Part shown: piece by piece, positions 36,201 to 45,907 of the stretch
Numbering within the stretch: the first letter of the stretch is position 1
Layout: every line of letters begins with the position of its first letter
Assembly (NCBI GenBank): GCA_002633005.1
Contig: NMRA01000140.1
Span: forward strand, 186,001-250,000
From: Phoronis australis
Lineage: Eukaryota > Animalia > Phoronida
DNA: 64,000 bases
Direction: 5' to 3'
The notes under the pieces: generated by a model
What the model was told of the DNA's origin: nothing
Database searches by the model: none
Seen by the model: the letters and a program-made list of their open reading frames with translations, nothing else
Translations under genes and position numbers: made by a program

Positions 36201-39200
36201 GGTTTCATATTTTAAAACCCTTAAAACTTCTGTTCTGTGCAGGGCCGTAGCAATTAATAGAATGATAATCCAAATGTGAAATCGATACACCTAGCTTGTC
36301 TTTGAATCGACTGATAACCAGTCAGTTCAAGTTGCTCGTTTGTAAATGACAGATTGACAACATGCAAATGAAAGTTTCAACTTTCTGGCAAACAGTTCAA
36401 TACTAACGAGTACAAGTTTCACTCTCACTGACATTGTGGCTGATTTCAGCTGCTAATTTAAAAATTAGAAAAATCCAAAACTGACAATGTCAAAAATTCT
36501 AATGTAAAATTTGAAACGGAACATCAAACCTTACTCAAAAAATGCGAAAGATCAAAATGGCATAATAGTCACAATATTGTTGATATTGATGTATACTTGT
36601 GGTCAAACCAAGTGAGGTCATCTATATTTTTGTGACTGTAAGCATTTTAAGTACATTTGATTTAAACTTTTTATTTGATTCAGATTGAAGTTAGGGCCCT
36701 GTCACTGTAGGTGACAGTTGCGTGACATGAATTCCATTTGTTGAGTAAATTTTCCCCTTACAGGTTGCATGTCCCGTCAAGTTGCCAGGTTGAAATTGGG
36801 TTGTCTTGTAACCCTAATGGTCCTTACAAATCATAAATACATGAGAAACTTCAAAACAACTTTGAAGATATAAACAACAACTTGTTCTTAGATTGCTCTT
36901 AAAGCAAAGTTATGAATCCCGCATGCCACCAAAGAAACAATTCTCTATTGATAACTTACTACTGTGCACCAGCGGATTGTACCAAGAAACCAACTTAAGT
37001 TCACTTTTGACTTAAGTCTAGTAAGATTTGTCTCAACCATTAAACTTTAAAACTTCCACATCCGTAGCGTTAAGTCAAATTTAAAACAAAAAAGTCAAAA
37101 TTACGATCATTTAGTTTCAGTGTTTCCACTGGGTTTTGCAAGGAGCAAGGTGGTGAATGGCCAAAACGGGGTGCAAAGCCCGTTGCCGCACGCAAATATG
37201 AGAAATGGGATCCCCCTATTAGCTGGGTTTCAAAAGAATCGTGGTGGTGAATGCTCAACACGGATGCGGAACCCGGCACCACATGCGAGCATGGGATGAA
37301 GTGAGATCCTCCAATGGGGAGGGGGGAGGTGGGAGACCTTCCCCAGGCAAAATTTGAAAATTAGATGTAATTGGGTGCAGTTTTCTCATCATAGACAAGA
37401 CCTTAACCCGAGCATCATACAGTGGAAGTATCTGGGCAAAGAACACTTCGCAAGACAAATTGGCAATGAAGTGTCCAGCGTGATCTCTGTCGCACTTGAG
37501 TACAAAAAACAGTGTTAAAATTCAGTTATCCATGAAGTGACAAACATAGAACAAAAAATATTTGGAATTCGTAGACATAATAAACTAATTCGTGTAACAA
37601 AACTTCCGTTGATACCGTCTTCCTAAACATAAATCAGTGATAGTGGATTGGCGTTGGCCGGCGTAGCAGACGATGTAATAATCCAGTCCATGCAGACGAA
37701 TCTGAGACTGGTTAACATTCAATATTGTCATTTTGGCGCAGGGCTATGGTTGATTAAACACTTAGATGTCACGCCCTGCAGTATAACTGACAATGTCTTG
37801 TAAACTCGGACATGATAAAATGAATGAAGCAGAAATCTTACTGTTTCTTACTTTATTAGCGAGCCCAGGCGCTTTCCCATTTTAGAAAATTTGTATCGAA
37901 GTCGTTGCCTGGTTCCTGGCTGTATTAAGTATAAATGCATTATTGGATAACCAGGCAGAAATGAGGTACGAAAGGAGATTTGGGATTGGATGACTGTTTA
38001 ACGGGGGCACAATTCAAGATCCCATTGTAAAATTATTATTTTTCCCTTTCGATCCACGAACAGCGAAAGGTGCCGTGTGACTTGTACTTATTCATTAGTA
38101 CTAGCGATCATTTTCACTAGTGATTCATTTTACTAGCGATCATTTTTACTAGCGATCATTTTTACTAGCGATCATTTTTACTAGCGATCATTTTTAATAG
38201 CGATCACTTTTAATAGCGATCATTTTTACTAGCAATTTTTGCGTGGCGGTGAAGATTTCCCGTCATGATTAGGTGTGTGGCGGTCAATTTGAGTATGATT
38301 TACGAGTGGCGGGGCCAAAAAGGAGCGTTGCGGGCCGCCCAGAAGTGTACACGCAGGGGAAACCCTGAGTTGGAAGGGACTTAAGACAAATTTAACTTTT
38401 AATTATTTAAAATTGACTTAAGTTTAAGATTTGTCTTAGCTAAGTCAGTTTTCTTGGAATGGGCCCCTGGTCTCGACAACTTTCATATAGTGGGCTTGGA
38501 ATATATGGAAAGTTTGTCATAGCTCTAGCCTATGTTCGATGCACAAAACGACACACCAAGACAAGTTTATTTGTAGAGTTTAGTATTACGCAATGACAAT
38601 CAGCCAGTTCTTTCCAAACACAAAATCATCTCTAATTTAAGTAAGGAACAAGTGTAGACCAACTTCATAACTTTAAGCAGTCTAATTAAAAGTTGCTTTT
38701 TCAAAGAAGGCAGTTTTCTAGCAGCCTAAATTACTTACTCTGGTCTCTGTATGACATAATGAAGAAGGAATTTCCTCATATTTTCTACATCCTCGATACT
38801 GATAAGAGGCCATTCTCTCACCATGCTTTCTTTAATTGTAGAAGCTGCATGAAACAACACGTAATCGTTCTTGCTATGTTCTGTAAAATAGTGTAGAAAT
38901 CGAGTTATACAAACTTCAGGCGAGTACAAAGTGCTATATACAACAAAAATTTCAAAACCGACAGGAATTTCTATTGCACATCAGAAATCTAGGTCTACAG
39001 TGTTGGGTTCTTGTGTTCATACACCATATGTGTGACAGCCACAATTAGAGATCATTTTACTGAGACTTCTTGTAGACAAAGCAATCACAAACAGCAATAT
39101 CCAGCACTAAAATTTCTGTACTATTAGGAGGCTATACACACAGACCATTGCCCTACACAGACAGATGCTGGGCTTGTGCTGCCACCTCTTGACATGGCTA

Positions 39201-42200
39201 GCAGACAGAAGACTTCTCCATAACCTTTAGTACGTTTTCCTCACATTTCAATTTTGTTGACGGATTGAAGGTATTTTCAACAGTAGTTGTTCAAGCTCAT
39301 GGATTTAATTAAAGACTCCAACTGCCTCCAAATGTTTCATTCACATTCCTAAGGCATGCATTGATAGTTTAGCCAAGGTTAAACCTAATATTCCAGCGTT
39401 CAGGATGGATTAGGATGCAGCAAAATTCAGGAAAAAAGTTGAATCGCAAAACGCTAATGAAATGCTTTCAGGTAATTCATCAGGATATCTTTTTAACTAA
39501 AAGTTTTGTCAATGTCCCCTTGAAATTTAGGGCATTACTGGTATTCTCAGCATGGACACTCAGACGCCTATAACGCAATATCTCATTTGACTTTGGGGAG
39601 ATTACAAGACATAGCTGTCTAAAACTGTTACCTTACTAGGTCGAAAATGCAAAATATGTCTCAAAAGCATTGATATATTTGACAAGCAACTAGAGAACTT
39701 GCATGTTTTACAGAGCATCATTTCAATTTGATTGTTCACATGAGAACGACCAATCACAGAAAATGAACATTGCAAAAGTTTGCATGAACTCGCTGAGATT
39801 CAAAGAGAGTAACAAAGATGGTTGAAAGTGCGTTTCTTGGAAAAGAAAAATGCTACAAATATGACATAACCAAGACCTCAACTAATCAATGGTATAATCT
39901 GGGTATGGCTCTAGATAAAAGCACTGAGAGGGTATTTAAAAGAGACTGTGAGTGTGAGGTAATAACTTATAGGGGTCGTGGATTTTGAGAACTAGTTTTC
40001 TCCACAGAATAACAAGCACCAAACTCGTTCTCAAAATCTGTGACCTCTGTAAATGACCTTCGTCAACTGTGGATGCCTTTAAGCTCCAAAAGAAACCACA
40101 AGAGTCTGAAAGGCAGGAAATAGTTGCAGACTCTGGTGCTATTCTTTGATTCAACAATACTATCATTTGAAGGAGACTGCGGGTGAATACGGAAGACTGA
40201 CGTCATATTCACTTACCTAACAGATATGTGCAGGTCTTAAATGCATGCTTAGTTCTCTTGAACTTTAAAAACAATTCTTCAGCTGCATGGCGTTGCTCAT
40301 TTGTGACAACTGATGGCGGGGCCTAAAACAAAACAGTCAGAGTAAAGTCTTTAGTACACAAAGATTCAACCCAGAGCACACAGAATGGTACTAAACATGT
40401 TTCTTAACTTGCACCTTATTTCTGTATTCGCTTCTATGCAACAAACACAATGACTGATGTACACAGTGTGCATGTTAGTAGTGGTATATCAGTTCAGGAC
40501 ACAGTCTTATAAATGACAAACACAATGACTGATGTACACAGTGTGCATGTCAGTAGTGGTATATCAGTCCAGGGCACAGTCTTATCAATGACAAACACAA
40601 TGACTGATGTACACAGTGTGGATGTCAGTAGTGGTATATCAGTCCAGGACACAGTCTTATCAATGACAAACACAATGACTGATGTACACAGTGTGCATGT
40701 CAGTAGTGGTATATCAGTCCAGGACACAGTCTTATCGATGACAAACACAATGACTGATGTACACAGTGTGCATGTCAGTAGTGCTGTATCAGTCCAGGAC
40801 ACAGTCTTATCAGTGACAATAAACATTGGCCATTGCAATACAAAGAGTTGGAATTCCTCGTGCATACTGTCTTAATACGCACAAATGTGTCCCATCCAGA
40901 TCAAGATATTCGTAGAAAGACCCTAGAGGAAGAGCCACTCAAATTAAGTACTGTTAGTTTTGACAAGGTAAAAAGTTCTGGTTTAGCTGTCCAAATTCCC
41001 CGCACCATTTTAATGCAAGAAGCTTACACGCAGTTAGATTCTGGTAAAGTGTGAAATCAACTACCAAACTTCTTCTCCTAGGAAGGTCACCACACCATCA
41101 AAGTTTTGCTCATGATACTTCCCTCCCCTCTGAACATCATGCAACCCTGTATAACGTGTCTAAGCATAACTTGAGCTAAAAACTGCCTTTATCAGCTTTA
41201 TAATCCTTTACTTTCATCAGCTTTATCATCCTTCATTTCAGAAGTGTCCAATGCCAAGATAACACCAAAATCGTAACAGGCGATCCGAGAAAAATCTGAA
41301 GTTGCTAATTCAAAATTGGGTCCATCAGTCAAAATTTTGGTTCTGCAGATGCCTGATAGGTGTCTCATTTCGAGATAGTGCACGCAAGAACGTAGTTCAT
41401 GGACCTGTAAACTTAGTTCACAGATACACAAACCCCCCCCTCTCCCACCACTGGCCAACACCTGATATACGTACACAAAAAGCACCACTCCTGCACCTCA
41501 ATCACATAGCTCACAGACTCTTCATTGACTCACCTATTATAACACCAAATTTCTTTTTCTGTGGATTCTTCAATCAACTGATTTTCTTCCACAAAGTTGC
41601 GTACATTTAATAACAAATTATTGGAATTGGCTTGACTTTGTTAGGTCTGTACTTTATGACTTGTAGACCTGATATTCTGAGTAAATTTTGCTTTGGCAAA
41701 GTCATCACAATCTGCCGAATATCACAAAAAATAACAAAATGACACGAGTTAGTGTCATGAATGTACTAATTCAAAAATGACACGAGTTCGTGTCATGAAT
41801 GTACTGTTTTCAAGTCGATGATTTTTTTCTTTCTGGAGAATGACACAAAAAATGAAATTTATTGGATTGTTTTTTAACTTAAACGGCTATAACAATTAAG
41901 GTGCGTGACGGCTGCCTTCCAGATGCCTGTATGCCAAATTTTATGAAAATACGTTGAGGACCTTTGAACATACAGAGGTAAACGTAAAAAGATGAAATTG
42001 CCACTAGATGGCACACCAGTAGTCAGATGAGTCCAAATGTTGTTATCGTCCGTTGTCAACATCATATAAATACACTTACTAAATCTAGCAAAGATCCTTC
42101 GAACGGTTTAGAAGATACAGCCATAGGTACAAAAAAAAATGCCACTAGGAGGCGCCACAGTAGTCAAAATCGTCGGAAAATCATTGTCAGCCATCCACTT

Positions 42201-45200
42201 CATAGTCAGAACATACGAGCCAATTTTCACAATCATCCTTCGAGTGGTTTGGTTGATAGAGGGGTGGACGCAAAAAAACTCAAAAACAGTAAAAATGGCC
42301 ACTAGGTGGCGCAAACTACATTTAATCCATCCGAAAACAGAAAGGCAGTGCTATCTCACTAATAGGTGCCTATATACTAAATTTTATGAAAATCCGATCA
42401 AGTCTTTTGAAGATACAGAGGTAAATGTAAAAAACTAAAATTGCCACTAGGGGGCACACCGGTAGTCGGATCCGTCCGAAAGTTTGCTCATGCCGTCCCA
42501 TCCTCGATAGAAACAAATGTGCAAAATTTCATGAAGGTACGTCAAGGCGTTTTAGAGATAGAGCAGCGGACGCCGGGACGGACGGACAGAGATGACGGCA
42601 TAATGCATCTACATATAAATAAGTGGGCGCATAAGGTATCACCATGGTTCTTTTGTTCATGATACGAACAACAGATTTGTATTAAATTAAATTGCATACA
42701 TTTCTGACACCGGTGTACAATCAAAATAACAGTACCCATGAACTCCAGTTAACCATACTGTAATTATCGAACTGAAGTGTTATTTATAGCAGTCCCACTA
42801 ATTTTAAGTGAAAATTCGTCTGCTCAGCAACCACATTGGATCACTCTTGTACATACCGTATTCGCCGTAATAACCGCCCAGGGCACTTAGAAAAGTTCGG
42901 TTCAGGGGGGGCGCTTATTATAACCCAAGGCAGTTGAAACCTAGTCTCCAAAACGGGTGAAATCGGAAGCTAAGATTCATCATATTTACGCTCTGTGACG
43001 TATAGATCTGTAATCTATGAAAGACTTTCAACAAAACTGTGGTGTATTGCTATCAAACTTTGCTGCTAAATTACGATCATTTTACAGAAAATTGTGCTGA
43101 AATCCCAGGGCGAAAACTCGCCAACTGACTGCCTCAAAATCACCGTCTTCGATATGGCGACTTCACTGCTTGAATAAAAATAGTTTCGACTCAAGCAAAT
43201 TACCTGAAATCCTCCTTATTTTTCTAAGTAGCGTCCCTAAGATTTTTTTTAAGTTCCTGTGGAGTCTGGATTAACGGCAGGTTTAAGTACAAATCTGTAC
43301 AACATCGTGCCATCTACATGCATGATCGGCAACACGGCGAGAAAAATGTCTGGACGAACACACATGTTGTTGTCACGTGACGTTTGTTTTGAAGTTTGTC
43401 TACGTTTGTGAGTAAGCGAGCGCGTGCGTGTCACCAGAGTTCATTTGCCAAAGCAGAGACTGTCTTTTGGTCAGAGTCACGCAATCTAACGAGCTAGATG
43501 TGCATGGTGTCTAAAGAAATTTGCTCAAGCAGTAGGCCTAAACCAGAGCGTGTTTCATTCAGCACTTGCCGATCTCATGTGCTAAAAACGTTCGACATTT
43601 GTCTCGGTAAGGCCCATATTAGTCGCCATGTAGCTGGATGCGTACGTAACTATCTGACAGTTATTTTTCGGTGTAAGGGTGTGTAAGCATTCACTGTCAG
43701 TTGTCATTTATCGGATATTCGGCTTAAAAACACCAATTACAGTTAATCAAACAATCCGTCTCAAAAATAAGGCAAACACGTTTTATAATATTAGAAATTG
43801 TCGGAAATTAGTGCCAAAATTCATTTATTACCGATGCTATGCTACCCATTTTATGAATGGATAGTTCGCGACTAATGTCTTTGTGACAGGTTCATATATG
43901 TAGTGCGTGCTTCCTGGCCACGTGCGTTTAACACCGAGTTATTTTTATTCATGACACAGTCGATGTGTCTGTACTGAAAGGTCAGACTATAGTGGGACAC
44001 GGTCGTCGCGAGAGTAGCAACGTTGTTGCGTTCTTTCTGAAGCGCTGTGTTACTTTGAAGTGTATAATCACGGCTAAATACAAACGTAGCAATGCCGCTG
44101 GTGGTCTAGAAGACCGTGCAAAAGTTTTTTGATAAAGCGAAGACGTTACTGTAGCCAAGTTTTAGTACTATAGGTACGTCATTGTTCGCATGTACACGTT
44201 CATGGACTGGGCGCTTATTTCTGCAAAGTCTGAAAACGCGTGGGGGGCGCTCATAGGGGCATGGGCGGTTATTACAGCGAATACGGTATTTGCCTTTAAT
44301 ACATATCATAGTGTAAAATGTTGAACGGCTGATGAGAGTGCCTGTGGTCTTCAATCAATTTTTTCACCATTAGCTCTAGGAGACTAGAGGTTAGACAGTG
44401 CCACAAACTCTACTTAGCAGTAGGAATGACGATACCCTCAATAGGCCCTTCATATGACAGAAACTTTTCGGTGAATCAAGCCTCACACTGATTAAACCAT
44501 CAGTCACATTTCTATAAGTACATTTTGTGCATAGAGGGACACCTTAGAAGACCGACAGTGTCTTTAATTCCTTCTAACATGAACAAATACTCCCGTAATC
44601 AAATTTTTTTGAGCTGTACTTTGTTCAGTGCACCATGAAAATCGGAAACTGGTCATTTTTACATTGCTCGCACCAGGAGATATGACCTCCTATTTTTACC
44701 ACACGCGCCAGGAGCATTCGCAGTGTTAAAATGGCCAGTTGGCAAATTGGGCAACTGAATGAAGGTCTGCTTGAAGAAAATTTTGATTACACGAGTTTTG
44801 TTCGAGTTGAAAGGAATTAAAGACATCGACAGTCTCCTAAGGTGTACCTCTATGCCCAAAGCCCCAAAGGTACTTATAACAACATCACTTTGATGTTTTA
44901 ATCAGCATGAGGAATAATTCGCTGCAAAAGCTTCCAGCGTATGAAGAGCCTACAGGAGCTTCACCATCTCTAGTCGGCCTGCTAGATAGAGACGGTGGTC
45001 ACTGAGTGTGTGGTGTGGTGCCAACTTGAATTTCCTTGATAGACAACGTATATCCCCCAGACACCTAGAGAAATTCATTCCCCTAATTGGGAGAAAATCT
45101 CCAGATGTAGAGAAAAAAATTCTGCCAATTGGGAGAATTCACCCGATCGAGAGAAATTTTCAGAATTTTACTTCGACTTCGAGAACCTGATTCTGTTCTA

Positions 45201-45395
45201 CTATTGTCTGTCCACTTGTTACCGATTCACACTAAGCCACATGCGGCTTATGTTTCTAATATACGAATACGGTTTGCCAAGGCTGGATTCCTACATTAAG
45301 TTCTCACATTGCAATTAATTTTAGTTCAAACAGACAGTTATTACCTGGACAATTTTAGAGGCATGTTCCAACTCCGACAGCAGTTGTTCAGCCAT
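14935..45395 (-). CDS. XPO4: Exportin-4; 22 coding exons, 1133 aa
   Basis: 22 exons with consistent phases total 3402 nt. The peptide follows exportin-4 from end to end (APPSVVTNEQRHAAE, DYVLFHAASTIKE, CLQCLAQLAS, DDTVYMEAYEK, GETPLIPHEIME, FPVLCTQYYKL, C-terminal VRGFLCVK). Confidence 0.96.
15958..16203 (-). CDS. XPO4: XPO4 exon 21
   Basis: TTTCAG; FPVLCTQYYKLVSFIADLFPDKL...MIHFLR; GTGAGC. Confidence 0.94.
17161..17252 (-). CDS. XPO4: XPO4 exon 20
   Basis: CCACAG; EEPGEVPVAASDVVLYGLNIIIPLMDPEVMK; GTGAGC. Confidence 0.92.
18249..18432 (-). CDS. XPO4: XPO4 exon 19
   Basis: TTGTAG; SNSKKIYEVCLSLIQMYAKH...LSKDFLDFAAG; donor GTGGGT, with an in-phase alternative GT 3 nt earlier. Confidence 0.88.
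18985..19073 (-). CDS. XPO4: XPO4 exon 18
   Basis: TTACAG; DVYHNYEDMVQLIIEVFSETVQNMIDWLNV; GTGAGA. Confidence 0.92.
20064..20440. repeat. 27-bp minisatellite, about 14 copies
   Basis: Unit GAGTGCGA(T/C)GCGTTCAATAAATCAATA; accounts for the NASHSIDLL-repeat ORF. Confidence 0.97.
20713..20917 (-). CDS. XPO4: XPO4 exon 17
   Basis: ATTCAG; LINGIHSSLRAVTCQESF...LLESLCGVGQG...LVPLL; GTAGGC. Confidence 0.9.
21996..22170 (-). CDS. XPO4: XPO4 exon 16
   Basis: CACCAG; CSCVIQYPTVWDLAKQ...KALVLAG...NYWKE; GTAATG. Confidence 0.92.
23313..23482 (-). CDS. XPO4: XPO4 exon 15
   Basis: TTTACAG; ISMTFVTCFGRDTDGAKWVV...LSVWTAEPEL...LVTLVEVKV; GTAAGC. Confidence 0.93.
24032..24191 (-). CDS. XPO4: XPO4 exon 14
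   Basis: TGCAG; LIASVFSLCGVE...LSPEVTRSLVWFFTRWLRCYLLPDENHYSE; GTAAGA. Confidence 0.93.
24541..24945. mobile_element. MITE (possibly PIF/Harbinger-like)
   Basis: CCGTCTGCACACAGACTACCCTAGAACAA / TTGTTCTAGGGTAAGTCTACGTGTGGACGG imperfect TIRs. Confidence 0.65.
25574..25757 (-). CDS. XPO4: XPO4 exon 13
   Basis: TTTCAG; ACLLSDEYEGETPLIPHEIMEHS...VDSSV; GTAATC. Confidence 0.93.
27418..27545 (-). CDS. XPO4: XPO4 exon 12
   Basis: TTTTAG; LLEARVSHLSKVLQ...LNEDLHWLLLIS; GTATGT. Confidence 0.92.
27956..28095 (-). CDS. XPO4: XPO4 exon 11
   Basis: TTTAG; TDSGDSEDLEDYEENDEDDHDLFKDQLSCIGLLGRRIPSHSLPLLA; GTACGG. Confidence 0.92.
28397..28573 (-). CDS. XPO4: XPO4 exon 10
   Basis: CGCAG; MHKDDTVYMEAYEKML...YVQCHLSLPEGNRNK; GTACAC. 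Confidence 0.92.
29183..29357 (-). CDS. XPO4: XPO4 exon 9
   Basis: ATTTCAG; TPIHDYEAINVATIFENLL...LTCEFGQAAALEEA; GTGAGT. Confidence 0.92.
29848..30215. repeat. 60-bp minisatellite, 6 copies, abutting the XPO4 exon 8 donor
   Basis: Near-identical unit AAG(C/T)CACACACACAGACAAAAGGTTGAGAGATGTTCCCAGAAAATCACTCTCATGTTAAC. Confidence 0.98.
30220..30377 (-). CDS. XPO4: XPO4 exon 8
   Basis: TTTCAG; LHHKIHFNSEMSHHCLQCLAQLASMNGEIF...LNYIA; GTAAGT. Confidence 0.93.
31835..31947 (-). CDS. XPO4: XPO4 exon 7
   Basis: TGTTAG acceptor; LMRRHVGSFMNYECTSLRPGTRWRSTLLSKDLLQLILK matches the LKPTESWRETLL segment of vertebrate XPO4 (recalled); donor GTGGGT. Confidence 0.88.
31948..32781 (-). other. U12-type GT-AG intron (XPO4 intron 6)
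   Basis: Donor GTATCCTTG; branch-like TTTACCTTAGC about 12 nt before TAG; no long polypyrimidine tract; required for frame continuity. Confidence 0.88.
32782..32938 (-). CDS. XPO4: XPO4 exon 6
   Basis: TTACAG; DIELEQVFLFCIQVL...FLAIAEHVLSWQFTPSR; U12-type donor GTATCCTT. Confidence 0.9.
32985..34160. repeat. 18-bp minisatellite, about 65 copies
   Basis: Unit AGAGCCAGTGTAGC(T/C)AC with recurring variant blocks. Confidence 0.97.
34517..34663 (-). repeat. tRNA-derived unit (34568-34640) enclosed by 21-bp inverted repeats
   Basis: Minus strand TGGCTCAGTGG...GGTTCGAGTCC; flanks CACCTGTGGCCACATCACGTG / CACGTGATGTGACCACAGGTG. Confidence 0.7.
34849..34965 (-). CDS. XPO4: XPO4 exon 5
   Basis: TTTTCAG; QMTACSILTALLNEYS...HIKCKKYFE; GTATGG. 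Confidence 0.93.
35284..35495. mobile_element. 212-bp element with 51-bp inverted repeats, probably a truncated Penelope insertion with inverted pLTR
   Basis: 35284-35334 versus 35445-35495, 2 mismatches; encloses the hammerhead. Confidence 0.75.
35337..35378 (-). ncRNA. Minimal type I hammerhead ribozyme (Penelope-type)
   Basis: Minus strand CAC-CUGACGA-UGGCCAGAGAAGAGACCGACC-GAA-ACGU-C-GUG: intact CUGAnGA and GAAA core, GUC cleavage triplet, CAC/GUG helix I. Confidence 0.7.
35597..35738 (-). CDS. XPO4: XPO4 exon 4
   Basis: CTCAG; LPAYVREQMLQAVAVIFKR...SSGNLTM; GTAAGT. Confidence 0.93.
36968..38470. mobile_element. MITE (CCAGGGGCCC...CCAAGAAA termini) apparently interrupted by a nested insertion; short relative at 51705-51873
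   Basis: CCAAGAAACCAACTTAAG versus CTAAGTCAGTTTTCTTGGAATGGGCCCCTGG; shares AGTTCA.TTTTGACTTAAG...AAACTTCCA.ATCCG with 51730-51795. Confidence 0.5.
38097..38240. repeat. 16-bp minisatellite, about 9 copies
   Basis: Unit ACTAGCGATCATTTTT. Confidence 0.9.
38739..38880 (-). CDS. XPO4: XPO4 exon 3
   Basis: TTTTACAG; EHSKNDYVLFHAASTIKESMVREW...IQRP; GTAAGT. Confidence 0.93.
40217..40322 (-). CDS. XPO4: XPO4 exon 2
   Basis: TTTAG; APPSVVTNEQRHAAEELFLKFKRTKHAFKTCTYLL; GTAAGT. Confidence 0.93.
40440..40815. repeat. 75-bp minisatellite, 5 copies
   Basis: Unit ACAAACACAATGACTGATGTACACAGTGTGCATGTCAGTAGTGGTATATCAGTCCAGGACACAGTCTTATCAATG. Confidence 0.97.
41890..42635 (+). mobile_element. DINE-1/HINE-like (Helentron-derived) element with four ~145-bp internal tandem units
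   Basis: Units contain AAATTTTATGAAAAT and GCCACTAGRKGGCRC; GGACGGACGGAC microsatellite near 42577. The family assignment is inferred from this architecture. Confidence 0.6.
42856..44286. mobile_element. Non-autonomous Tc1/mariner-pogo-type DNA transposon, 1431 bp
   Basis: TA|CCGTATTCGCCGTAATAACCGCCC ... GGGCGGTTATTACAGCGAATACGG|TA; 24-bp TIR with 1 mismatch and a TA target-site duplication. Confidence 0.85.
44390..45005. mobile_element. Copy of the 7133-7707 MITE family in XPO4 intron 1
   Basis: Shares GCATAGAGGGACACCTTAG, GAACAAATACTCCCGT and GGTGGTCACTG, with a symmetric layout. Confidence 0.8.
45345..45395 (-). CDS. XPO4: XPO4 exon 1
   Basis: CAACC-ATG; MAEQLLSELEHASKIVQ; donor GTAATA. 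Confidence 0.85.
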
Positions 45396-45476
45396 GGTTG
45401 GAAAACAGAAATAACGCGGTCGTTTTTTTGCCAGCGCCATCTGTTGTACCTTTAACATGATCCGCTAAGCAACGCT

Positions 45477-45907
45477 GCTGTGCGTGAACTTAAAATCTTG
45501 CTTAATCTCAAGATCAAGCAGAAGCGAGTGTTGTGTGAACTTGGAATACGCCAGACAACCTGTCAAGTTCACTCAAATAATCACGTTCATGTTCATAAAA
45601 ATTTGAAATGCACTAAGTCAAGTTACATTTGAATAAAATAATGTCAATTTCCACCAACCTTTTCAACTACAGGCGATCAGTTTCACAAAACAATGATTGA
45701 TTTAGCCATTCACATATTTCTCCGGTTCAGCGACACAAGTTACGGTAAAAGCGAAAATGGTTGATCTCGAGGCCAATAATTACAAAAATTCTTTTCACCG
45801 AACTAAAGATCACCTTTTTGCCTTAAAGAATATTCAATTCCGAGTTCACGCAACACTCACTTCTGCTTAATCTTGAGATAAAGCAGGATTTTAAGTTCAC
45901 GCACAGC
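45477..45907. mobile_element. MITE-like inverted-repeat element immediately upstream of XPO4
   Basis: ~70-bp TIRs GCTGTGCGTGAACTTAAAATC... / ...GATTTTAAGTTCACGCACAGC with about 6 mismatches; same family as 9245-9657. Confidence 0.85.

Noticed and set aside
40494-40875. Two repetitive ORFs on opposite strands
   Set aside because: Products of a 75-bp minisatellite.
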